Below the pieces are notes generated by a model that saw only the letters and a list, made by a program, of their open reading frames with translations, did no database searches and had not been told where the DNA came from. 24,000 nt of DNA from Streptacidiphilus anmyonensis (GTDB taxonomy: Bacteria > Actinomycetota > Actinomycetes > Streptomycetales > Streptomycetaceae): assembly GCF_000787855.1 (NCBI RefSeq), contig NZ_BBPQ01000012.1, forward strand, positions 86,383 through 110,382, given 5' to 3'. This document shows positions 16,793 through 23,306 of the stretch, piece after piece (the stretch's first letter is position 1; every line of letters begins with the position of its first letter). Position numbers and translations under genes: made by a program.

Positions 16793-17758
16793 ATGTCCGC
16801 TCGCAAGGTCCGCTCCGCCGCCCGCTCCGCCGCCGCGGCCGTCGCAGCCTCCGCGCTGCTCGGGTCCGCCGCACTGGCCTTCCCAGGGGTGGCCGCCGCG
16901 GCGACGCCCGCCAAGCCGCCGCTCCAGCTCTCGGTCACCCCGACCGCGCCGGGCACGGCCCTGAACCCGGGCGGCGCCGTCCGGACCGAGATCGTCACCG
17001 TCACCAACACCACGGGGACGTCCCAGCCGTTCACGACCGAGCTGGCGGGGATCACCCAGGGGGCGGTCAACCTGCGGTCGGGCGAGCTCACGGCCTCGGT
17101 GACCGCGCTCGGCCGGACCCCCACGACGATCAGCAGCTTCAAGGCGCAGACGCCCGGCTACGTCGGCCTCTTCGTTCCCAAGGGGTCGAAGACGGGAGTC
17201 TTCACGGTGCCGGCCCACGCGACCTTCACCTGGAAGGTGTCCGTCGCGGCGACCAAGGCCTGGCCGCTGAACGACGGGGGGCTCCGCTTCATCGTCGGCG
17301 TCAACGAGGGCTCCCGCTACCCCGTCCAGGACAAGCAGGTCGACTTCATCCTCGCGCAGCGGGCCGACGGCCCGATGGTCGAGAGCCTGCGGGGCGACGC
17401 GAGCCTGTCCCCGAGCCGTCCCGCCTACGCGACGGTGACGCTCACCAACCGCACCGGCGCGGACCTTCGGCAGACCTGGTCGATCCTCCCGGACCTCGGG
17501 CGACCGCAGGGCGCCGAGCTCGCCCTCGACGTCTGGGTCGGCTCCGCCGCCCAGGGCCACTGGCAGAGCACGGGCGGCCGCGACCTGGTCGTGAACGGTC
17601 TGCGCGCCTCGGCCTCCGCGACCTTCAAGCTGCGTGTCCGCGTGGTCGCCTACACCGCGAAGACGCCGGTCGTCTTCACGCAGCTGACGCTGATCAACTG
17701 GGACGGCGTCGTCACCCCGTCCGACCCGTTCCTCGGGCTGACGGTCCGCCGCGCCTGA
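16793..17758 (+). CDS. Secreted hypothetical protein with two beta-sandwich-like segments
   Basis: ATG is at 16793. Signal peptide MSARKVRSAARSAAAAVAASALLGSAALAFPGVAAAA. Two segments each open with an xVTxTNxTG motif (IVTVTNTTG, TVTLTNRTG). The track ORF from 16355 is an over-extension across the gltX promoter region. Confidence 0.7.
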   Translation: MSARKVRSAARSAAAAVAASALLGSAALAFPGVAAAATPAKPPLQLSVTPTAPGTALNPGGAVRTEIVTVTNTTGTSQPFTTELAGITQGAVNLRSGELTASVTALGRTPTTISSFKAQTPGYVGLFVPKGSKTGVFTVPAHATFTWKVSVAATKAWPLNDGGLRFIVGVNEGSRYPVQDKQVDFILAQRADGPMVESLRGDASLSPSRPAYATVTLTNRTGADLRQTWSILPDLGRPQGAELALDVWVGSAAQGHWQSTGGRDLVVNGLRASASATFKLRVRVVAYTAKTPVVFTQLTLINWDGVVTPSDPFLGLTVRRA

Positions 17759-18704
17759 GCCCCAGGTGCCGCAGCTTGTCGGGGTTCATCAGGGCGTAGA
17801 CCCGGGAGATCCGGCCGGCTGAGTCCCAGTCGAAGACGTACACCACCTCGCGCGCCGGCGTTCGGATGACGATCGCCGGCGCGTGGTTGTAGCGGGCGTG
17901 GGTGATCTCGGTGCCGGCGTAGAAGCGCTCGAAGACCGCCGCGAACAGCCGGGACGCCTTCGCCGCGCCGTGGATCGGGTGGCGTCCGGCGCGGGCCGCG
18001 CCGCCGCCGTCGGTGGTGACCACGACGTCCTCGCGCAACAGGGCCTGGAGCCGGTCCATGTCGCCGCCGCGGGCGGCGGCGAGGAAGGCGTCGACGAGGG
18101 GACGGGCGTCGGCCTGCCCCTCGGCCTGCCCGGCAGTCCGGCCGTCGGCCCGCGCCGCGGCCCACGGCGCGCGTCCGTCCGCGGCCACGCGTCGGCGGGC
18201 GCGGCTGAGCAGTTGACGGCAGGATCCCTCGGTCCGTTCGAGAGCCCCGGCGATCTCCTCGTACGGCAGGCCGAACGCCTCGCGCAGCACGAAGACCGCC
18301 CGCTCCGCCGGGCTGAGCCGCTCCAGGAGCAGCAGCACGCCGAGGGAGGCGGTCTCGCGCAGCGCCAGGCTCTCGGCGGGGTCGGCGAACTCGGCCGCCC
18401 CCGCCGTGCCCTCCGTGGGCAGCGGCTCCGGGAGCCACGGGCCGACGTAGACCTCGCGGCGGACGGCCGCCGACCGCAGCCGGTCGAGGGCCAGCCGGGT
18501 GGTGACCGTGGTGAGGAAGGCGGCCGGGTTGGCGATCCCGTCGCGGTCGGCGGCGCTCCAGCGCAGCCACGCGTCCTGTACCACGTCCTCGGCCTCGGTC
18601 ACCTGGCCGAGCAGGCGGTAGGCGAGCGCGAGCAGCATGCGCCGGTGGCCGAGGAACAGCTCCTCGGCCGAGGCGGCCGCCGGGTTCGCGCAGGCGCCGG
18701 TCAG
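17712..18704 (-). CDS. ECF41-group RNA polymerase sigma factor with fused SnoaL-like C-terminal domain
   Basis: Sigma2 region: LALAYRLLGQVTEAEDVVQDAWLRW. Sigma4 region: LSPAERAVFVLREAFGLPYEEIAGAL. ECF41 signature motifs WLPEP, DGGG and NPDKL are all present. Start is uncertain: CTG 18704 (AAGGAG 5 nt upstream, CTGA overlap with the upstream stop), ATG 18638 (which would clip the N-terminus), or ATG 18827 (127-nt out-of-frame overlap, unlikely). Confidence 0.85.
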   Translation of the reverse strand: MTGACANPAAASAEELFLGHRRMLLALAYRLLGQVTEAEDVVQDAWLRWSAADRDGIANPAAFLTTVTTRLALDRLRSAAVRREVYVGPWLPEPLPTEGTAGAAEFADPAESLALRETASLGVLLLLERLSPAERAVFVLREAFGLPYEEIAGALERTEGSCRQLLSRARRRVAADGRAPWAAARADGRTAGQAEGQADARPLVDAFLAAARGGDMDRLQALLREDVVVTTDGGGAARAGRHPIHGAAKASRLFAAVFERFYAGTEITHARYNHAPAIVIRTPAREVVYVFDWDSAGRISRVYALMNPDKLRHLGLRRGGPSARGTGRTG

Positions 18705-19171
18705 GCGCGCTCCTTCACGTGCGGCCGCGTCGCGACTCCGAGCCGGTTCCACGCGTTGATCGTAACGATCGCGACCAGCAGCTGGACGAGTTCCTTCTCG
18801 TCGAAGCGCGCCGCCGCCTCGTTCCACACGGCGTCCGGGACGCCGTGCTCGCCGAGCTGGGTGACCGCGTCGGTCAGCGCGAGCGCGGCCTGCTCCCGCT
18901 CGGTGAACAGGTGCCGTGCCTCCTCCCAGGCGGAGACGGTGACCAGCCGCTGCACCGACTCGCCGTGCGCGAGGGCGTCGTGGGCGTGCATGTCGAGGCA
19001 GAAGGCGCAGCCGTTGAGTCCGGAGGCGCGCATCCGGACCAGCTCGCGCAGCGTCGGGTCGAGCGCGCCGCCGCCGGTCTCCTCCAGCGCCAGCATGGCC
19101 CGGTACGCCTCGGGGGAGACGCGTGCCCAGGAGAGGCGCGGCTGGTCGGCGTGCTCGGTCGTGGCGGTCAT
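18701..19171 (-). CDS. AhpD-like carboxymuconolactone decarboxylase family protein (CxxC type)
   Basis: 156 aa. GAGGAGGA lies 7 nt upstream of ATG 19171. The CAFCLDMH CxxC motif and overall pattern are typical of the alkylhydroperoxidase AhpD-like core. It sits immediately upstream of the ECF41 sigma gene. Confidence 0.85.
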   Translation of the reverse strand: MTATTEHADQPRLSWARVSPEAYRAMLALEETGGGALDPTLRELVRMRASGLNGCAFCLDMHAHDALAHGESVQRLVTVSAWEEARHLFTEREQAALALTDAVTQLGEHGVPDAVWNEAAARFDEKELVQLLVAIVTINAWNRLGVATRPHVKERA

Positions 19172-19221
19172 GTCGGGTCCTCCTCGCGGGTGACGCGCCC
19201 GGCGGGCGCGTTCACCCTCCC

Positions 19222-19248
19222 GACGAGGCAGGCGGCCCGGTTGTGACG
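19222..19248 (-). promoter_or_regulatory. ECF41-type promoter CGTCACA-N16-CGTC
   Basis: On the minus strand, cGTCACA (19248-19242), exactly 16 nt, then CGTC (19225-19222), about 50 nt upstream of the CMD ATG. The reported ECF41 consensus, as I recall it, is TGTCACA-N16-CGTC. Confidence 0.65.
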
Positions 19249-19271
19249 GGCGCTCGTGTGAGCGCCGTCAC
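19243..19271 (-). terminator. Strong hairpin downstream of the esterase gene, overlapping the ECF41 -35 box
   Basis: On the plus strand, GTGACGGGCGCTC (19243-19255), loop GTGT, GAGCGCCGTCAC (19260-19271). This gives 12 pairs with one bulged G. It starts 18 nt beyond the esterase stop at 19289. Confidence 0.55.
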
Positions 19272-19288
19272 AGACCTGTTGGCCGCGG

Positions 19289-20428
19289 TCACGGCGAGGG
19301 CGTCGGCCCCATCAGGTGCTGGCTGAACCAGCTGATCGGGCCGGTGCCCATGGCGGGGACGTACGTGTAGGCGTTGTGCCGTCCGCCCTGGATGACGTTG
19401 ACGATGGTGTGGATCGGACCCTTGTTGCCGAACTGCTTGAGGTAGCCAGTGACCGCGCCGATCTCGCCCGAGCCCTCCCGGGTGCCGTACTGGAAGGCGA
19501 TGTAGACGTCGGGGCCGCCGTGCGCGATCAGCTGCTTGGACAGCAGCACCGGGTTGTTCGCCGCCTGCTCCTTGGGGTGGCCCTTCCAGAACGGGGAGTC
19601 CGGCACGATGTCCGGGCCGGACACCAGCGCGGCCTTGAACCGGTCCGGGTACTGGAGCACCGCCTTGAGGCCCACGAAGCCGCCGCTGGAGGAGCCCATG
19701 AAGCCCCAGCCGTCGCGGGACTTGAAGGTCCGGAAGTTCTGCCGCATCAGGTCCGGGATGTCGTCCGTCAGCCAGGTGCCCATCTTGGGCTGGCCGGGGA
19801 TGTCGCTGCCGTCCCAGTAGTGGTCGTGGACGTCGGGGCCGGGGTTGAGGACGGGCATGACGACCAGGAACGGCAGGCTCTTGCCCTGCTGGGACCACTC
19901 GGTGATGCTCTGCTCCAGCTTGAGGCCGGGGTCCTTCCAGTAGTTGTCGTTGTATCCCGGCCCGCCGGGCAGGGCGATCATCACCGGGAAGCCGCTGTGC
20001 GCGTACTTCGGGTCGCTGTACTGCTTCGGCGCCCAGACCCAGACCTTCCCGGTGTAGCCGGACTTCGGGCCGTGGTAGGTGATCACGCCGATATGGGTGC
20101 CGTCGTCGAGGGTGTGCTCGACCCGCCACGGGGCCTCCGGGCCCGTCGGCAGCTCGGTCAGCGCGTCGGCCCCGACGACCTTTCCGTCCCCGCCGCCGTC
20201 GCGACCGCCGCCTCCGCCGTGCGGGGCCGGGGTGTCGAAGGACAGCGGCTGGCCCTTCTGGCTGAACGGCGGGATCTCGTAGTGCTTCATCACCGGGATC
20301 GCCACGCCCACGACCGCGGCCAGGCAGGCCACGACCGCCGTCCAGATCAATGCGCGCCGCCGCCGCGGCCGCCGTCGCGGCCGCCGGGCCGGGACGGTCT
20401 CCTCGGGGTGGGGGGAGGGCTGGGTCAT
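19289..20428 (-). CDS. Membrane-anchored alpha/beta hydrolase (putative esterase, esterase-D/antigen-85-like family)
   Basis: 379 aa. It has an Arg-rich N-terminus, one TM helix (ALIWTAVVACLAAVVGVAIPV), a nucleophile elbow GSSSGG, and a late His (GGRHN). Confidence 0.75.
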   Translation of the reverse strand: MTQPSPHPEETVPARRPRRRPRRRRALIWTAVVACLAAVVGVAIPVMKHYEIPPFSQKGQPLSFDTPAPHGGGGGRDGGGDGKVVGADALTELPTGPEAPWRVEHTLDDGTHIGVITYHGPKSGYTGKVWVWAPKQYSDPKYAHSGFPVMIALPGGPGYNDNYWKDPGLKLEQSITEWSQQGKSLPFLVVMPVLNPGPDVHDHYWDGSDIPGQPKMGTWLTDDIPDLMRQNFRTFKSRDGWGFMGSSSGGFVGLKAVLQYPDRFKAALVSGPDIVPDSPFWKGHPKEQAANNPVLLSKQLIAHGGPDVYIAFQYGTREGSGEIGAVTGYLKQFGNKGPIHTIVNVIQGGRHNAYTYVPAMGTGPISWFSQHLMGPTPSP

Positions 20429-20701
20429 GGCGCTGCTCCGGCTGGATCGGCCCTGGTCGGTCAGAGCGTGAGGGCACAGGAAAGGAAGCGATCACAGGGT
20501 GATCTGATACGGCCCTTATGACGGCCAAACCAGGCTAATCGGTTCCCATACGTTCGAATTTTTGGTTCGGGTGCGTCCCGATGGCTTTCGGGTTCGCGGT
20601 ATGCCTCGGGAGTATCTGTGACGTCGTCAGATACCCGCATTCTGGCGGGTCCCCGACTCCAGTCGGCTGAAAGGCCGTCAGTTGCGGGCGTTCGAGTGAC
20701 G

Positions 20702-20731
20702 TTGACCACCCTTCGGTTCGGCGGCTAGAGT
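20702..20731 (+). promoter_or_regulatory. Housekeeping-sigma-type promoter for the MFS gene: TTGACC-N18-TAGAGT
   Basis: -35 TTGACC at 20702-20707 and -10 TAGAGT at 20726-20731, separated by 18 nt. Both are close to the Streptomyces HrdB-type consensus (TTGACN / TAGAPuT). Confidence 0.6.
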
Positions 20732-20759
20732 CTCGACATCAAGCTTCTTGATATCGAGA
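20731..20759. promoter_or_regulatory. 13-3-13 inverted repeat TCTCGACATCAAG-CTT-CTTGATATCGAGA (candidate operator)
   Basis: One mismatch in 13 bp. It abuts the -10 box, covers the predicted transcription start, and ends 18 nt before the MFS start codon. Confidence 0.6.
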
Positions 20760-20776
20760 TAAACGGGGGATCGAGG

Positions 20777-22198
20777 GTGATGCGGGAGAAGCGGCAGGAC
20801 GGGCTCTGGGCGCAGCTGCGCCGGCCGCCGGGCGGGCGCGACGCGCGCACCATGCTGCTGGCGCAGTTCGTGGACCGGACCGGCACCGGCGTCTGGGCGG
20901 CGTCCGCGGTCCTCTACTTCACCTTCGTCTCCCGCCTGGACGCCCGTCAGATCGGCCTGCTCCTGGGCGTCGCCGGGATCGCGGGCATCGCCGGTTCGCC
21001 GCTCGCGGGCTGGCTGGCCGGGCGCTTCCCGGCCCGCGCGCTGCTGATCGGCAGTCACCTGCTGCGTCTGGCGGCGGTCGTCGGCCTGGTCCTGGGCCAC
21101 GGGATCGCCGTGCTGCTCCCCGTCGTGGCCGTCACCGCCCTCGGCGAGCGCGGGGCGAAGATGCTGGAGATGCTCTTCGCCACCCGGGTCGCCGGCGAGC
21201 GCCGGTCCGGCTACCAGGCTCTCGCCAGGACCACGGCGAACGCGGGCTGCGCCGTCGGCGCGGGCATCGCCGCCCTCGGCCTCGCCGTCGGCACCGACTC
21301 CGCGTACCGGGCTCTCGCCCTGGGCAACGGCCTCTCCTACCTGCTGGCTGCGGCGCTGGTCTGGCGCACCGCCGCGCCGGGCCCGGCGCGCACGCCGACG
21401 GCGCCGGTCGCGTGCTCGGCCACCGAGGGCGCGAGCGCAGCCGTGCCCTCAGCCGTGCCCTCCGCCGTGCCCGCGCCCGTTCCGGTCCCGGGGGCCGACG
21501 CGCCGCGCAGCCCCTGGCGGGACCGGGGCTACCTGCTCTTCGTGCTCCGCGACATCCCGCTCTGCCTCGACGACTCGCTGCTCAACGTCGGGCTGCCGCT
21601 CTGGCTGGTCGGTCACACCACCGCGCCGCACGCGCTCGTGCCCGCGTTCCTCGCGATCAACACCGTGCTCGTGGTGCTCCTGCAACTGCGCTTCTCCGCC
21701 GCCGCGGAGGGCCCGCGCGGAGCGGTGCGCTCGGTGCTCCTCTACGGCGCGGCCCTGCTGCTGACCTGCGTGCTCCTCGCCGCCACGACGGGCGGCGGGG
21801 CGCTCGGCGCGTCGCTCGCGCTGCTCGCGGCGGCGGTCCTGGTGACGATCGCGGAACTGCTCCGCTCGGTCAGTTCCTGGGAGCTGTCCGTGCTGCTCGC
21901 GCCCGAGCGCTCGCGGGCCGCCTACCTCGGCGTCGCGGGCATGTCGCAGGCGATCCAGAAGTCGGCGGGCCCGCCGCTGCTCACGGGCGCGGTCATGGCC
22001 GCGGGCCCGGTCGGCTGGCTGGTCATGGGCGGCGCGGTCGCCGCGAACGCCGTCGTCCAGAACCGTGCCTGCGCCCGCCGCCTCGCCACGACGGCCGCCG
22101 CCCCGAGGGTGGACCGCGCCGACGTCACCCCTGTGCCCGCCCCGCCGGAGTCCGTCGGGGCGGGGGGCCCTCCCGACGGCTCGGCGCGGCGTTCCTGA
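20777..22198 (+). CDS. MFS transporter
   Basis: 473 aa with many hydrophobic segments and typical MFS loop motifs (GWLAGRFPAR). Start is GTG 20777 or ATG 20780. The central loop carries an AVPSAVPSAVPAPVPVP repeat (~21440-21490). Confidence 0.85.
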   Translation: MMREKRQDGLWAQLRRPPGGRDARTMLLAQFVDRTGTGVWAASAVLYFTFVSRLDARQIGLLLGVAGIAGIAGSPLAGWLAGRFPARALLIGSHLLRLAAVVGLVLGHGIAVLLPVVAVTALGERGAKMLEMLFATRVAGERRSGYQALARTTANAGCAVGAGIAALGLAVGTDSAYRALALGNGLSYLLAAALVWRTAAPGPARTPTAPVACSATEGASAAVPSAVPSAVPAPVPVPGADAPRSPWRDRGYLLFVLRDIPLCLDDSLLNVGLPLWLVGHTTAPHALVPAFLAINTVLVVLLQLRFSAAAEGPRGAVRSVLLYGAALLLTCVLLAATTGGGALGASLALLAAAVLVTIAELLRSVSSWELSVLLAPERSRAAYLGVAGMSQAIQKSAGPPLLTGAVMAAGPVGWLVMGGAVAANAVVQNRACARRLATTAAAPRVDRADVTPVPAPPESVGAGGPPDGSARRS

Positions 22199-22409
22199 GC
22201 AGGCCGGTCAGGGTCAGCACCCAGGCGGCCACGGCGATCCACAGCAGGATCCGACCCGGCGTCCGCAGCCAGAGGACCGTCGTGGCCGTGCCGGCCGAGA
22301 GCGTAGCCCCCGCCGTCATACCCATCGGGAAGGCCCTCGCCCAGCGCCGCACCTCGTCGCGGTGCCGGGGCTGGCGGCGTGGAGCGATGCCGGGGCGGTA
22401 TGTCTCCAC
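22125..22409 (-). CDS. Possible small (up to 94 aa) two-TM membrane protein
   Basis: High GC3 throughout. Hydrophobic stretches are TAGATLSAGTATTVLWL and ILLWIAVAAWVLTLTGLL. Against it: GTG start without SD, a terminator hairpin immediately upstream, and a 74-nt overlap with the MFS 3' end. Confidence 0.3.
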   Translation of the reverse strand: METYRPGIAPRRQPRHRDEVRRWARAFPMGMTAGATLSAGTATTVLWLRTPGRILLWIAVAAWVLTLTGLLRNAAPSRREGPPPRRTPAGRAQG

Positions 22410-22430
22410 GTCCAGGGGGCCGCTCGCGGA

Positions 22431-22450
22431 GGCCGACCGGGCGGTCGGCC
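22431..22450 (-). terminator. Perfect 8-bp hairpin after the enoyl-CoA hydratase gene
   Basis: GGCCGACC (22431-22438), loop GGGC, GGTCGGCC (22443-22450). It lies 8 nt beyond the stop at 22458. Confidence 0.5.
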
Positions 22451-22457
22451 GGCCCGG

Positions 22458-23147
22458 TCAACCCAGCGGGACGTCCTTCTCGCGGAGCGCCTCCAGGACC
22501 GGGCCGTACATGCGCTCCTTGATGGTGCCGACGGTCGGGCCCGCCTTCGCCGCGTGCGGGCGGGCCAGCTCGATCGCGGCGGTGCGCAGGCCCGCCTCGT
22601 CGGCGGTCGCGTCCACGATCCCGGCGCTCAGCGCGTCGACGCCGCCGAAGCGGTGGGCGGTGACCATGGCCGTGTGCGCGGTCCGCGGGGCGAGCCGGGA
22701 CTGGATCAGCGCGGACATGCCGTGGGTGAAGGGGATGTTGATCTCGGCCTCCGGCAGGCACCAGAAGCCGCGGTCCGCGCGCATGATCCGCAGGTCGTGG
22801 GTGAGGGAGAGCATCGCCCCGGCGGCGAAGGTGTGCCCCTGGAGCGCGGCGACGGTGACGAAGGGGAGCGTCAGCACGCGGGCGAACAGCGCCTGCACCG
22901 TCTCCACATAGGAGCCGGCCTGGTCGGCGTGGGCGAAGAGCCAGTCGAGGTCGAGGCCGTTCGAGAAGAACTTCCCCGTCGCGGCGGTGACCAGCGCCTT
23001 CGGCCCCTCCGTCTGCTCGACCTCGTCGAGCAGCGCGGCGACGGCAGTCAGCCAGTCCGGGTGGAAGCGGTTCTCGCCGTCTCCGATGTCGAGGACGAAG
23101 ACCTCGCCGTCACGGTCGAGGGTGGGGGCGTGCTGCGGTGCGGTCAT
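22458..23147 (-). CDS. Enoyl-CoA hydratase/isomerase (crotonase) family protein
   Basis: 229 aa. ATG 23147 has GAGGAG 8 nt upstream. FFSNGLDLDWL and AALQGHTFAAGAML are crotonase-fold patterns. The track ORF to 23957 is an over-extension antisense to glsA. Confidence 0.85.
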   Translation of the reverse strand: MTAPQHAPTLDRDGEVFVLDIGDGENRFHPDWLTAVAALLDEVEQTEGPKALVTAATGKFFSNGLDLDWLFAHADQAGSYVETVQALFARVLTLPFVTVAALQGHTFAAGAMLSLTHDLRIMRADRGFWCLPEAEINIPFTHGMSALIQSRLAPRTAHTAMVTAHRFGGVDALSAGIVDATADEAGLRTAAIELARPHAAKAGPTVGTIKERMYGPVLEALREKDVPLG

Positions 23148-23306
23148 CAGGGGGCTCCTCGGGGTCCGTCGCGGTGGTGGCCCAGCATTTGCTACCGGCG
23201 AGTAACTTCTGCGTCCATCGTACCGACGGACCGCGGTCGTGTCCCGGACTTCCGTTCGATCGGAGGGTGTCGGCCGGCAGCCGTCCGCGGCAGCGAGAAT
23301 GTCCGC

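Noticed and set aside
14959-17560. A 577-aa plus-strand ORF (14959..16692) and a 449-aa minus-strand ORF (16211..17560).
   Set aside because: The first is antisense to gltX. The second is antisense to the secreted-protein gene and crosses an intergenic region. Both give Arg/Gly/Asp-rich nonsense.
18705-18827. ATG 18827 as the start of the sigma factor (the full 371-aa track ORF).
   Set aside because: It would require 127 nt of dual coding with the CMD gene in another frame. The added 41 residues (MERGGGALRREGTRPAAGRDRYDQR...) resemble no sigma N-terminus. I kept it only as a low-probability alternative.
17883-20521. Plus-strand ORFs at 17883..19193 and 19316..20521, and the minus-strand ORF at 19212..20528.
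   Set aside because: They are antisense or out of frame relative to the sigma, CMD and esterase genes. They have shadow-ORF composition.
20540-20605. tRNA-like T-loop strings (CGTTCGAAT, GGTTCGGG, GGGTTCGCGG).
   Set aside because: I could not build an acceptor stem, D-arm or anticodon arm around any of them on either strand. They are probably chance matches.
20461-20709. An 82-aa minus-strand ORF inside the long esterase/MFS intergenic region.
   Set aside because: GC3 is only about 55% against more than 90% in real genes here. It has no SD and no recognisable domain, so it is more likely non-coding promoter or leader DNA.
21412-22911. A 499-aa plus-strand ORF and a 279-aa minus-strand ORF (21922..22761) spanning the MFS 3' half and the crotonase gene.
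   Set aside because: They are out-of-frame or antisense shadows crossing a gene boundary and a terminator hairpin.
23229-23238. A perfect 10-bp palindrome, GACCGCGGTC, in the crotonase/glsA divergent region.
   Set aside because: It is short and GC-only, so it is expected by chance at this base composition. No second copy or flanking symmetry was found.
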